Notes under the pieces: model-generated
The model's input: only the letters and a program-made list of their open reading frames with translations
What the model was told of the DNA's origin: nothing
Databases searched by the model: none
Shown: one piece after another, positions 1 to 16,705 of the stretch
How the letters are laid out: each line of letters opens with the position of its first letter
How positions within the stretch are numbered: the first letter of the stretch is position 1
Assembly: GCF_009914755.1 (NCBI RefSeq)
Contig: NC_060940.1
From: the human T2T-CHM13v2.0 reference genome, Homo sapiens
Direction: 5' to 3' (one strand)
Length of the DNA stretch: 64,000 nt
Translations under genes and position numbers: made by a program

Positions 1-3042
<3,042 letters not shown>

Positions 3043-3081
3043 TCATTAGTTGATGCAGTTTCTTCCTAGTCTCGATGGTCT

Positions 3082-4098
3082 TTACATTTTGGCATGATTT
3101 TGCAGCGGCTGGTACCGGTTGTTCCTTTCCATGTTTAGCGCTTCCTTCAGGAGCTCTTTTAGGGCAGGCCTGGTGGTGACAAAATCTCTCAACATTTGCT
3201 TGTCTATAAAGTATTTTATTTCTCCTTCACTTATGAAGCTTAGTTTGGCTGGATATGAAATTCTGGGTTGAAAATTCTTTTCTTTAAGAATGTTGAATAT
3301 TGGCCCCCACTCTCTTCTGGCTTGTAGGGTTTCTGCCGAGAGATCCGCTGTTAGTCTGATGGGCTTCCCTTTGAGGGTAACCCGACCTTTCTCTCTGGCT
3401 GCCCTTAACATTTTTTCCTTCATTTCAACTTTGGTGAATCTGACAATTATGTGTCTTGGAGTTGCTCTTCTCGAGGAGTATCTTTGTGGCGTTCTCTGTA
3501 TTTCCTGAATCTGAACGTTGGCCTGCCTTGCTAGATTGGGGAAGTTCTCCTGGATAATATCCTGCAGAGTGTTTTCCAACTTGGTTCCATTCTCCACATC
3601 ACTTTCAGGTACACCAATCAGACGTAGATTTGGTCTTTTCACATAGTCCCATATTTCTTGGAGGCTTTGCTCATTTCTTTTTATTCTTTTTTCTCTAAAC
3701 TTCCCTTCTCGCTTCATTTCATTCATTTCATCTTCCATTGCTGATACCCTTTCTTCCAGTTGATCGCATCGGCTCCTGAGGCTTCTGCATTCTTCACGTA
3801 GTTCTCGAGCCTTGGTTTTCAGCTCCATCAGCTCCTTTAAGCACTTCTCTGTATTGGATATTCTAGTTATACATTCTTCTAAATTTTTTTCAAAGTTTTC
3901 AACTTCTTTGCCTTTGGTTTGAATGTCCTCCCGTAGCTCAGAGTAATTTGATCGTCTGAAGCCTTCTTCTCTCAGCTCGTCAAAATCATTCTCCATCCAG
4001 CTTTGTTCTGTTGCTGGTGAGGAACTGCGTTCCTTTGGAGGAGGAGAGGCGCTCTGCGTTTTAGAGTTTCCAGTTTTTCTGTTCTGTTTTTTCCCCAT
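3082..4098 (-). CDS. L1 ORF1p, 338 aa, intact
   Basis: MGKKQNRKTGNSK...QNHAKM at the canonical length; REKG, ARR and YPAKLS motifs intact. Confidence 0.98.
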   Translation of the reverse strand: MGKKQNRKTGNSKTQSASPPPKERSSSPATEQSWMENDFDELREEGFRRSNYSELREDIQTKGKEVENFEKNLEECITRISNTEKCLKELMELKTKARELREECRSLRSRCDQLEERVSAMEDEMNEMKREGKFREKRIKRNEQSLQEIWDYVKRPNLRLIGVPESDVENGTKLENTLQDIIQENFPNLARQANVQIQEIQRTPQRYSSRRATPRHIIVRFTKVEMKEKMLRAAREKGRVTLKGKPIRLTADLSAETLQARREWGPIFNILKEKNFQPRISYPAKLSFISEGEIKYFIDKQMLRDFVTTRPALKELLKEALNMERNNRYQPLQNHAKM

Positions 4099-5007
4099 CT
4101 TTGTGGTTTTATCTACTTTTGGTCTTTGATGATGGTGATGTACAGATGGGTTTTCGGTGTAGATGTCCTTTCTGGTTGTTAGTTTTCCTTCTAACAGACA
4201 GGACCCTCAGCTGCAGGTCTGTTGGAATACCCTGCCGTGTGAGGTGTCAGTGTGCCCCTGCTGGGGGGTGCCTCCCAGTTAGGCTGCTCGGGGGTCAGGA
4301 GTCAGGGACCCACTTGAGGAGGCAGTCTGTCTGCCCGTTCTCAGATCTCCAGCTGCGTGCTGGGAGAACCACTGCTCTCTTCAAAGCTGTCAGACAGGGA
4401 CACTTAAGTCTGCAGAGGTTACTGCTGTCTTTTTGTTTGTCTGTGCCCTGCCCCCAGAGGTGGAGCCTACAGAGGCAGGCAGGCCTCCTTGAGCTGTGGT
4501 GGGCTCCACCCAGTTCGAGCTTCCCGGCTGCTTTGTTTACCTAAGCAAGCCTGGGCAATGGCGGGCGCCCCTCCCCCAGCCTCGTTGCCGCCTTGCAGTT
4601 TGATCTCAGACTGCTGTGCTAGCAATCAGCGAGATTCCGTGGGCGTAGGACCCTCCGAGCCAGGTGTGGGATATAGTCTCGTGGTGCGCCGTTTCTTAAG
4701 CCGGTCTGAAAAGCGCAATATTCGGGTGGGAGTGACCCGATTTTCCAGGTGCGACCGTCACCCCTTTCTTTGACTCAGAAAGGGAACTCCCTGACCCCTT
4801 GCGCTTCCCAGGTGAGGCAATGCCTCGCCCTGCTTCGGCTCGCGCACGGTGCGCACACACACTGGCCTGCGCCCACTGTCTGGCACTCCCTAGTGAGATG
4901 AACCCGGTACCTCAGATGGAAATGCAGAAATCACCGTCTTCTGCGTCGCTCACGCTGGGAGCTGTAGACCGGAGCTGTTCCTATTCGGCCATCTTGGCTC
5001 CTCCCCC
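4099..5007. promoter_or_regulatory. L1 5'UTR: internal sense promoter with YY1 site and antisense promoter, CpG-rich
   Basis: Intact YY1 motif AAGATGGCC near the 5' end (~4987-4995, minus strand); CpGs retained. Confidence 0.9.
4558..4773 (+). CDS. L1 ORF0 (antisense ORF, 71 aa)
   Basis: MAGAPPPASLPPCSLISDCC...RHPFL lies within track ORF 4489-4773. Splice donors follow 4663 (ccag|gtgtgg) and 4748 (ccag|gtgcga). Confidence 0.9.
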   Translation: MAGAPPPASLPPCSLISDCCASNQRDSVGVGPSEPGVGYSLVVRRFLSRSEKRNIRVGVTRFSRCDRHPFL

Positions 5008-5099
5008 GCCAGTCTGGTCTTGAACTCCTGACCTTGTGATCCACCCACCTCGGCCTCCGAAAGTGCTGGGATTAGAGGTGTGAGCCCCCACTCCCGACC
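5008..5099 (-). mobile_element. 5' part of an Alu interrupted by the L1HS insertion
   Basis: gccagtctggtcttgaactcctgacc...gctgggatta...gagcc is the reverse-complement Alu left arm, directly abutting the L1 5' end. Confidence 0.85.
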
Positions 5100-5419
5100 T
5101 GTATAATTTCTTAGTGGGAAAAATTTTAACATTTACATTTTTAGCCATTTTGAAATATACAATGCATTCATAGCCATATTTTCCATCTTGTGCATTAGAA
5201 CACTGCAACTTACTCCTTCTGTCTAACTGGAACATTTTACACTTTGACCAAAATCTCTCCTTTTCTAGTCCACCCCTCCAGCCCCTGGTAACCAACATTC
5301 TATTCTACTTCTGTGAGTCTACCATTTTAATGCACTACAGTGAAATAATGAATTACTTGTCTTCTGCTCCTGCTTGTTGCATTTCACATGTGGTCCTCTA
5401 GAGTCATGATTGCTGTCGC

Positions 5420-6028
5420 ATTTCAAAACCAATCATGCCTGTTCAAGAGTCTGCCAAAGTCTTAACTCATTTGAGCCTTAACTCAAAAGTCCACAGTCCA
5501 AGGTCTCATTTGAGATGAGGCAAGTCTCTTCCATGTGAGCCTGTAAGATAAAAACGAAGTCAGTTACTTCCTAGAAAGAATGGGAGTTCAGGCACTGTGT
5601 AAATACAGCCATTCCAAATGGAGAAATTGGTCCAAACTACAGGCCCCATGCAAGTCTGAAATCCAGCTGAGCAGTCAAATCTTCATGTTCCAAAATAATC
5701 TTCTTTGACTCCATGTCTCAAATCTAGGTTACCTGATGTAACAGGTGGGTTCCCATGGTCTTGGGCAGTTCTGCCCCTGTGGCAGAACTTTTTTAAAACT
5801 TTTCAAATGAAAAGTTTTAAAAAACTTTTGCAGGGCACAGTCTCCCTCCTGGCTGCTTTCACGAGCTGGCATTGAGTGTATGTGGTTTTTCCAGAAATAT
5901 AGTGCAAGCTGTCAGTGGATCTACCATTCTGGGTTCTGGAGGGCAGTGGCTTTCTTCTTACAGCTCCACTAGGTGGTACACCAGTAGAAACTCTGTGTGG
6001 GATTTCTGACCCCACATTTCCCTGTCAC
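5420..6028. mobile_element. THE1/MST (MaLR) internal-region fragment
   Basis: Typical MaLR-int words: tttcaaaaccaatcatgcct, aaagtcttaactcatt, gtggatctaccattctggg, cagctccactagg. Subfamily not resolved. Confidence 0.7.
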
Positions 6029-6029
6029 A

Positions 6030-6198
6030 CTGGGACTAAAGGCACTTGCCACAATACCTGGCTATTTTTTGTATTTTTAGTAGAGACGGGGTTTTACCAT
6101 GTTGGCCAGGCTGGTCTTGAACTCTTGACCTCAGGTGATCTGCCTGCCTATGACTCCCAAAGTGCTGGGATTACAGGCCTGAGCCACCATGCCTGGCC
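6030..6198 (-). mobile_element. Partial Alu (left arm plus linker)
   Basis: tttttgtatttttagtagagacggggtt...gctgggattacaggc...gcctggcc. Confidence 0.85.
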
Positions 6199-7395
6199 AA
6201 GATTAATATGTCATTTAATGATGTATTTGAAAACTTCATGGTTCTACAAACACACATACATACACAACAGCCCAGCAAAGACACATACATATGCCCATGC
6301 AAAAGTGAACGTATATCTAAACACCAAAATAGCACACCTATTTGTTTCATATTTTTTAATTACTTAATTGAATTTAAACTGTGTTTGCAGTTTGAGGTTG
6401 TAGTAGAAAATAATGCTCTTCTACGTGTATGTCTGCCTATTCCAATACTAAAAAGACAAATATATTTAAATACATGTTTCGTTAAAGCTGAATGTAAATG
6501 CTGTTCTTGCCAAATATGTCACTCAAATGTGCAATGGTATTAACTTTAAATATCAGTCTGTTTTTAATAAATTGAATAACTAATAAGACAAACATTGTAT
6601 TACATTATTTGTTAAATTTAGATTGTAGTTTTCAAACCAGGAAAGATAAAATTGTTTCATTTGAAAAATTTAAAAAAAAACTTTTTTGGCATGAATATTC
6701 AATACAAACTCTGGTATTTATTTGTCAATATTCCTTTATGATAGAGAACATCCAGGATAATGAAACTGAACACAGCCCATGATTTTCAGGGCTCACTCAC
6801 AATGGCATCTTCCTAGAGGGTGGTCTCAGAGGGTCCAAGCACATGGGGATTTGGACTTCATCATCAAAACACTAGTGAGCCCCAGGGCTGAACACACAGA
6901 GGGCAGCAGGAGCTGCAGAGCCCACTCTGTGGTACTTAGGGAAATGAGGGGATGGTCTGCAGGACCCTGGAAAAGGGTGAGTAGGGCAGAGTCTGCAGGT
7001 AGATGAGCATATTCTAAGGAGAGCCATTATCCTCTAAACTTGGTTGGCTTCAATGATTATGAAGACAAGGGAACTGATTCACCAGACTTGGAGGTCAGAA
7101 AGTAAAGTGACTTTCTTTTTCCTTCATGGAGACTGAGGAAGGTAAAATACTTTCAAAGAAAAAGGGAAGATGGAGAAACAGTCTGAAAAACAGGACACCT
7201 GAAGCCAACCAAAATGGAGAACAAGAGTATTTAAAGTCGTGTTTAATTTCCAAAAACAGCAGATGAAAGAAAAAGAAACAAAATGCCATGTATACGCTGA
7301 GTTAATGTTAAAAAACATGTACAATTGTTTGACTATTACAGCACAAAAATACAAAACTCTAATCATTGAAACAGTTTATATTGAGGATATACATT

Positions 7396-7664
<269 letters not shown>

Positions 7665-7959
7665 TTTTTATAATTTTACTATTTTAATAATAGTATTATT
7701 TTTAATCAAGAGAATATATAAATAACCTATTTTAAAAATTGTCCTGAGAGATCATTGCTAGTATTACTTGGAAAATATGCAGCATTAAAAGTTGAATTAA
7801 ATTCCTGTTCTAAGTTAATGTTTTGTAGGTAAAAGTAATCATGGATTTACAAGGAAGAAATGGTGAGAGATCCTGGGGAAGACTTTTGCTTGACCAGGTC
7901 GGGAATCACCAAGGTTTAAAAGAAAACCACAGCTTCTCAGGCTCCTGATTTGGAGCTGC

Positions 7960-8375
7960 TTCCTGAGAACCCCCGTGTACTGAGCACCCCCTGGTGGTTC
8001 TGAGTGCCCCTGGTGTCATGAGCGCCCCCTCGTGGTACTGAGGGCACTGTGATATCCTGAGCACCCCTGATGCTTCTGAGCGCCCCCAGGTGTCCTGAGC
8101 GCCCCCTGGTGGTTCTGAGCTCCCCCAGGTGTCCTGAGCGCCCCCTGGTGGTCCTGAACACCCCCTGGTGACCTGAGTGCCTGCTGGTGGTCCTGGGCAA
8201 ACCCTCGTGTCCTGAGTGCCCCCTTGTGATTCTGAGTGCCCCCTGGTGTCATGAGCACCCCCTCATGATCCTGAGCACCCCCTAATATCCTGAGCACCCC
8301 ATGGTCCTAAGCACACCCTGGTGGTTCTGAGTGCCCCCAGGTTGTCCTCAAGGCGCCCTGGTGGTTCTGAGGAGC
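7960..8375. repeat. GC-rich VNTR (ctgagcgccccctggtggt-type ~19-20 bp units) downstream of a VH RSS
   Basis: About 20 degenerate copies of CTGAGYRCCCCCTGGTG(G)T are visible directly. Confidence 0.9.
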
Positions 8376-8413
8376 ATCTACCATGCAGCTCCCTCCTGTC
8401 TTCCTGCAGAGAT

Positions 8414-8880
8414 TTTTCTGTTGGGGCTCACACAGATATTCCCTCTCCTGTGTCTCTCACAGTATTACAAGGCCTTGTCCTTGACTTTCAGTTTGGTCCC
8501 TTTAAGGTAGACTGCACATTAAAAGGTGTCACTTGGGACTGTTAATTTATTTGTGCTTATGGAGAGTAACTCTGAGAACTCCCACTTGATCACTCACTGT
8601 TTCCACCTACACAAATCCCTGTCGTGAAGCTGGCTGGACCAAGCTCATTGCTGTAGCCAGTAAAGGTGAAATCAGAGGCTTTGCATGAGAGTCTCAGTGA
8701 GCCACTGGGTGTACAATTTTTCCCCCTCTGACTCCATCAATAAATTTCACACAGGACTTCTGCAAACACTGAGGAAATGGAAGAACGGCCCCATGTGGAG
8801 CAGCCGCACCTGGACCTGATTCACAAGGGACACTAATATTGAGGGTGATGAGAAGGGAAGCCCAAATCAGTGCAGATCCC
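8414..8880 (-). pseudogene. Highly degenerate clan-III VH pseudogene (IGHV(III)-type orphon)
   Basis: Minus strand has acceptor tttgcag at 8760, an FR1-like SLRLSCKASDFTFTGYS segment and a 3' ...taatactgtgagaga. The RSS is degenerate (CACAGGA at 8452-8446, ~23 bp, AACAGAAAA-like). A leader-like segment lies at ~8830-8880. Multiple stops and frameshifts. Confidence 0.75.
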
Positions 8881-9429
8881 ACGGTGTGGACACTGAGGAA
8901 GGGAAGAGACATGGGTTGGCTCCTCGCCAGGGCCTGAAGGAACAGGGGATGAGCTGCCTTTCATGAGGAGGGGAGGGGACACATTTCCTTGTCTTTCTTT
9001 TCGTGGTCTTGGGTGCACCGCTCGGCATTGCTCATCCATCCTCTGTGTCTCCATTTCAGGGGGGCAGGTTCAAAGGACTCGTGGGTCTGGATGCACAGGG
9101 TTAATCTGCTGATTAGTCTTTTTTATTTTCTAGTGTGGACCCTGTTCAGGTATCTTCACAGTAGCAAACATTATCAAAAAAATACATCCAGTAAGAACTT
9201 AAAAATACATTTCCAGAGAAAACGGACACCAATCTCTAATCGGTGCATTTAGAGCTACAAACTACTGTTCTTGACAATAAGGCAAAGTTAAGGTACAATA
9301 AAAAAATGCAGATCTACACCTTGTCAGGGAGGGATTTTATAATTATTATCTTGAGATCATTTTCCCATAAAACAGTTCAACATTGGATATATCTGCTTGT
9401 GTCAGGAAACAGTCACTGTGGAAATATGT

Positions 9430-9700
9430 GTACTTATCAGAGTGAAGAGTTCACATGCAGACATGTTTGTCTGAGACAAGAGTCCACATGAGGAAATGTC
9501 ATTACCAGAGGAAAGAGTAAATGTAAGGACATACGTGGTGGTCTGAGAAAAGAGTCCATGTGGGGACATATGTGTTTGTCTGAGGGAAGAATCCACGTGA
9601 GTAAAGGTGTGTTTGTCTGACAGAAGAGTCCCCATGTTGACAGGTGTGTGTACCCATCTGCGGGTAAATGCCCATTCAGGGACAGTGTGTGCCTGAACTG
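9430..9700. repeat. Degenerate ~35 bp tandem repeat (tgtttgtctgag..aagagtccacatg)
   Basis: Recurring gtttgtctga...agagtcca/c units at ~9465, 9540, 9573 and 9610. Confidence 0.6.
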
Positions 9701-12010
9701 AGCTGAAGTTTGGGGAAAATCTTTATCAACCAAGGAAAGAAAAGAATTATCTGGGTTATTTGCTTGTCAGGAAGAAAAAACCTGGGTCACGTTGAAAATT
9801 GATTTTTTTAAATTAAAGGTCTTTAGTGAATGGTAACATCTTATATGCAAATGAGGAAATTTACTTCATTCTTTTTTGCATGCATCTCATGATATCCCCA
9901 CCCTCACCAAATAAGTTATTAGATAACTTTATACAGTCTGCATTTAATCCTGGGTTTAATGAACTGCTAAATACTTTTTACAAAAATTGTATATATTTAG
10001 GTTTATATTTTCCATCACACAATTATGAGCTTAGACAAATTAACTGCATCGTGTCTCAACCATTTTATAGCACTAAAAATAATTTTACTATTCTTAAACA
10101 GTGCCATTTTTACTTATTTAATACTCATTCTCTAAATTCCTTGAATATCCTCTATCTGTTTACTTGACTATAGTTTTGGTTTATACCGAATTTCAAATAA
10201 ATGATATTATATGGTGTAATTGAAATGACTTCACTGAAGAAAGTAGAAAATGAAGTTGCTAGTCTAATTAACTTTGAAAATGAGGAAATTCTGTATGTTT
10301 AAAATGTAAAGAAACTACACATAGCACTCTATTCTAGTAGATAAACATATTTCCAATGAGCTTTACATTTCTGATACCGCTATGCATGTGTCCTAAAATT
10401 GTGCAACCAGGTAATAATAAGGCAATTGGTGGGATAGGATTCCTCACTTTAAAGTGGATGGTTATGGACAGTCAAGGAAGGAAGGCTAGAAAGGTCCACG
10501 TGGTAGCATAGTTGGGTCAGGAGACCAGTGTGTTCTCATTTTTAATATAATAAAGTTACAGAAGATTAGGTACATAAGTAGTTTTGATGCGTCCATAAAC
10601 ATGGGTTCATATAAACATGCACATCTGCTAGGCCAGTAGGTTGAGAGGTCCTAGAAGTAATTATACACGGTATCACAATTTTTTTTTATTTTACTGCTAT
10701 TCGTTAACGTTAGAAACAAGCAAGCTTTAGAAAAATGGCTAATTCTATGTACAAAAGAGGTAATATAGAAAATGAACTTAGAATTTGTTGTAATACAAGG
10801 AAACAGGGAAGTGTTCAAAAACAAAAGGATGAGGTGCACTGTAAGGATACAGGATCCAAACTAAATGAGCTCCCAGGACCTAATAAAGCTGTGGTGATTT
10901 GAACGATAAAATGAGTAATATAGCATGGATCTTCTTCAGAGTATGAAATATATATTCATAAACCAATACACATATTAATAGATGATTATGAAAATAAATA
11001 TTGGGAAGACGAACACATCTCCTTACAGAAGTATTCCAAATATCTGAGGTGAATAGTCCTCCAATCAAGTAGGTGAAGTTTAAACACTCATAAGTTGATT
11101 GTGGCCTGAGGTTAGACACATAGAAAAAATAACCACTATTTGGTATTCTATAATGAGACTTCAGATATAATGTCAAAACATCATCTATGAATGAATACAA
11201 TTTTACATGTTTTTGAATCTAAATTTGTACAAACACACACATACACACACAGACACATGCACACACACACGTATGTTTCTGCAATACACACTGATAAGGG
11301 AGTAAAGACAGCCACAGACTTGGAAAAAATACTTCCAAGTCACATATTTGTTAAATGAATTCTTTTAATTTGTTAAATGACTTTTATAAACAATATGCAA
11401 GTAAACTTACAATGAATCAAAACAAAGCAATGCATTTAAAATGAACCAAATATCAGGAGAGGCATCTCAACAAAAGTTATTGGAAAATTGTTAAATATGA
11501 ACTTTTTGAGGGACATGTGCATTTAAATAAAAATTAGATCCCATTACTCACCTACTAGATTGGTTAAAACACACAACTCTCATAAGGATACATGGCAATA
11601 TGAATGTGGAAAACCAAGAACTATCATGCATTGATGGTGGGAATTCAAAATGCTACACGCACAAAAGGAGATTTTTTTGGCATTTTTAATAGATATAAAT
11701 GCAGACTTAAAATGTGATTTTGTGTCTGTATTCCAAAATACTTACAGCACTGATTAAGAAATTAATGTTTACAGAGATACCTTCAGAGGAAGTTCTATAT
11801 TAGTTTCATTAATTTGATTAATTCTCTAATCATTGAAATTTGTTTACAGAATAAATGTTGTATGAAAAATCTCTCAAATAATTAAAATTTCTCAAATACA
11901 CATTAATATTGTTCCTTTTCTTTAATGACTTAATGTCATTTTCTAAGCAAATCTTTAATCTAATAATCTTTGTCATCTCCTCTGTGTCAGCACAGGTGTC
12001 TCCTTCCTGG

Positions 12011-12049
12011 GGTTTCTGACACTCTCAGGATGTGGGTTTTTGCACTGTG
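12011..12049 (-). promoter_or_regulatory. 23-RSS of the IGHV1 orphon
   Basis: CACAGTG (12049-12043), 23 bp spacer, TCAGAAACC (12019-12011): the normal VH1 RSS. Confidence 0.95.
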
Positions 12050-12486
12050 TCTCTCACACAGTAATACATGACCATGTCTTCAGATCTCAGGTTGCTCAGC
12101 TCCATGTAGGCTGTGCTCATGGACCTGTCACTGGTAATGGTGACTCTGCCCCAGAACGTCTGTGCATAGTGTGTGTTATCATTGTAAGGGTTGATTCATC
12201 CCATCCACTATGCCCTTGTCCAGGGCTTTGTCACACCCACCGTGTAAAGTATTTGGTGAAGGTGTATCTGGAAGCCTGGCAGGAGACCTTCACTGAGGAC
12301 CCAGGCTTCTTCACCTCAGCCCCAGGCTGCAACAGCTGAACCTGGGAATGGACACCTGTGAGGAGAATGGAGGAGTTGATAAAAGCCCCCTTGACTGAAC
12401 TCAATCCCCTCCTCATCACTGGTACTTGGGAGCCCCTTACCTGTGGCAGCTGCCACCAAGAAGTGGATCCCCCAGGTACAGTCCAT
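12050..12486 (-). pseudogene. IGHV1-family orphon pseudogene (IGHV1-17-like / IGHV1OR16 group)
   Basis: Leader exon 12486-12441 ([15 protein letters not shown]), GT-AG intron 12440-12356, V exon [37 protein letters not shown] then TGA (12233-12231), and a further frameshift in FR2 (GGGCATAGTGGATGG). Confidence 0.93.
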
Positions 12487-12591
12487 GGTGAGGAGCTGTG
12501 TTCTCAGGGGCTTCTATAGAGGAGGGATGTGGTTGTTGGGTGATGCTCTCAGGGCACAGACATCCAAATTTACCTCAGTGGATCTCAGGTT

Positions 12592-12608
12592 ATTTGCATA
12601 TTCATGAC
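12592..12608 (-). promoter_or_regulatory. VH promoter octamer with adjacent heptamer-like element
   Basis: Minus strand reads GTCATGAATATGCAAAT; octamer at 12599-12592, ~105 bp upstream of the ATG. Confidence 0.9.
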
Positions 12609-15019
12609 ATAGCATTTCATAGAAGAAAGCCTGGTTAATAATAAGAAAGGGAAGATAAATGACACATCAGATTTACAAGAGTGAGATGCTGATGGTCCAA
12701 GCCCTATTCCTGTTTGAGGAAATGCATGCCCTGCTCCATTTATGAACATTCATGAACAGAGGTCCTTTCACAGAAGAACAATCCCCCTCAGGACACGCTC
12801 CTCACTGTGAACCTACATTTTATAAGCACAGAGACCACCTGGATAATTTCTGGAACCATCACTCTCCATGACACTGAGCAGGTGCCGTGGTTCTGTCCTG
12901 GATCCATCAGTCACCAGCACAGCTGACTGATGACTGAGGAAGTTACTGCTCATGTCCCACGTGAGTGACCAGCAGGTCCTTCTGAGATCTGCTGGGCACT
13001 CCTGAAACAGTGTCTCCAGCACCTGCCTGGTGTTCAGATCCCCCCGGATCTTCAATAGAAACACTCTTGTTTACAGATTTGCTCTGTGATGTGTGATTAG
13101 AGATGATTTTCTCATCTCAGGAACAATAAGAATCAGAAGCTGAAACGGTAGTTTCAAATTCTTTATGAACTCATTGCTCCCAAAATATTTGTCAAGGAAT
13201 TTGTGTTTTGAATAATTTCGGGTTAATTTTGGACTCAATTTATTGGAATTTTTTGAAGTATTTATGTATTTTCAATTAATATCCATAGGTCCTCATCTTT
13301 ACATATTGATATCTAACTCACCTGGTCTGTGCCCCCAACAGCCCAGACCCTGCCTTGCAAAGAGGTTCCTGCTGGGACTTACAAATCATTTCCCCCAAGC
13401 TTCTCTAGCCCAGCATGAAATGGCTGTGTCCTGGTTTATCACACTCCTTCAGTGACACCATATGCTACTGACACGATCTCTTGAAACAACTGATTAGCCT
13501 TACTAAACCTATTGAACTCTGCAAGGAGACCCAGAGCAAGGATTCAATGACACAGAAAGGAGCCCCTTCTCTGAAGCTCCAGATTCACTTCATTAGTGGA
13601 ACCAAAATGAAGACAAAAACTTACAGGAGATTTGGGAGTGCCGTGTTTCTTCACTGGGCTCTTGCAGTTGAATGTTGCATCTGAGAATACCAGCAGGTGC
13701 AGATACATTCAGATGAAAGCCCACTCCATATCCACTATTCCAATAACACACATTTTCCCTTCTTCCTAATATGTAGCTTTTAGGAAGTGCCTCCTATGCT
13801 GACACTAGGCCCAGTTATCTGACTTTCTTCTCCTAGAGATTTAAAGCAAACAGGATACAGGTGGAGACTTGGGAAGTGCATGCAGGTTGTTATTTTCACT
13901 TTCTCAGCTAGGAAACCAGCAAAGTCCCCATAATAAAAGAAGCTGAGATCTATGATGGCATTTACAAGATGTTGGTCTTAAAAATCATGATGTCAGAGGC
14001 TTCACATTGCTGTACTGCCTTTGTCTCACCCTCTGTCATTGTCTTAGTGTTTCTGTATTCTCCTCAGATAGAGTCTGTGCATTGCCACACTTTCATCTTT
14101 AATCCATAGTCATCATCCTAGTTAGAATGGATTGTGCAGTGCAGGTAAGCACTGCCTGTTCTTCCAATGGAAACCTAGAGATTCGATAGGCTTCCTCTTC
14201 TGGGCTGTGACCTTGAAAAAGCATCTCCAGGGGAAAAGCTCATTTTTGGCTGTTACTCCCTTTTGTGGTTTTGGCCTCCCTGGACTATTTACGTACATCT
14301 TACCCCTTTTGGCTAACTTTACTCATTCATATAATAATGGAAGAATGGGAGAGAATCTGGAATGGGAGATTTGTCTTCCTTCACATAGGATAAGGTTCTG
14401 GAAAAGTCATTCCCTTTAGAAGCTTTTGAAGTAGGCTCCTGGTATAGTTTTCTGTAATTAATCATCTTCATTTCATCTTCAATTCTGACCCACAGGAAAT
14501 TTATTTGGATTGTATATTTTAGAATCTGGAGGTTTCTGGAGAGAAAGTCCAGAAACCTTAGAAGTATAAGACCCTCTGGAATGGTCACATTTACCGAGTC
14601 CACATTTGTCTTTCAGACGTCTATAGTGGTTACCATATAAGTGCCTTCAACAGCTTGTGGCTTCTGCAGCTCCTGCAGTTTCTGCACCAGTTAAGCAAGT
14701 GCTAACTGCAATTCTGGACATGCCCATCTCTCCAGTTTTTGGAGTGGGTAATATTTCTTGCAATTTCAGTTATTTAGTAGATTCCAAAATGTATTGACAT
14801 TCAGATTATGCAGATTTATTTTGACATAAAATATGACGGTGATGAAATTTATAATCAATATTTTGGAGCATAAACCAAAAGTACAATCAAAGGTCACCTT
14901 TGATGTGTTACTGGAGGCAGAATTCTGACCTTATTACATGTAGGTGGCACATCTGACATAAATAAACAGGCAAGAAAACAGAGAAAGGACCTGGCACAAC
15001 ACTGTGCCATGGCACAACT

Positions 15020-16620
<1,601 letters not shown>

Positions 16621-16705
16621 TGCAGTGGCTCATGCCTGTAATCCCAGCAATTTGGGAGGCCAAGGCCCAGGTAACAACAGTGAAACTCCGTCAAAAAAAA
16701 AAAAA
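16621..16705 (+). mobile_element. Internally deleted Alu (head fused to tail)
   Basis: gcagtggctcatgcctgtaatcccagca...gggaggccaaggc joined to ...aacagtgaaactccgtc and an A-tail. Confidence 0.7.

Noticed and set aside
7960-8375. CRISPR-like repeat array
   Set aside because: No unique spacers, degenerate tandem units, eukaryotic context and no cas genes.
9845-9852. ATGCAAAT octamer as promoter of the clan-III VH pseudogene
   Set aside because: Wrong orientation for a minus-strand VH and ~1 kb from the leader.
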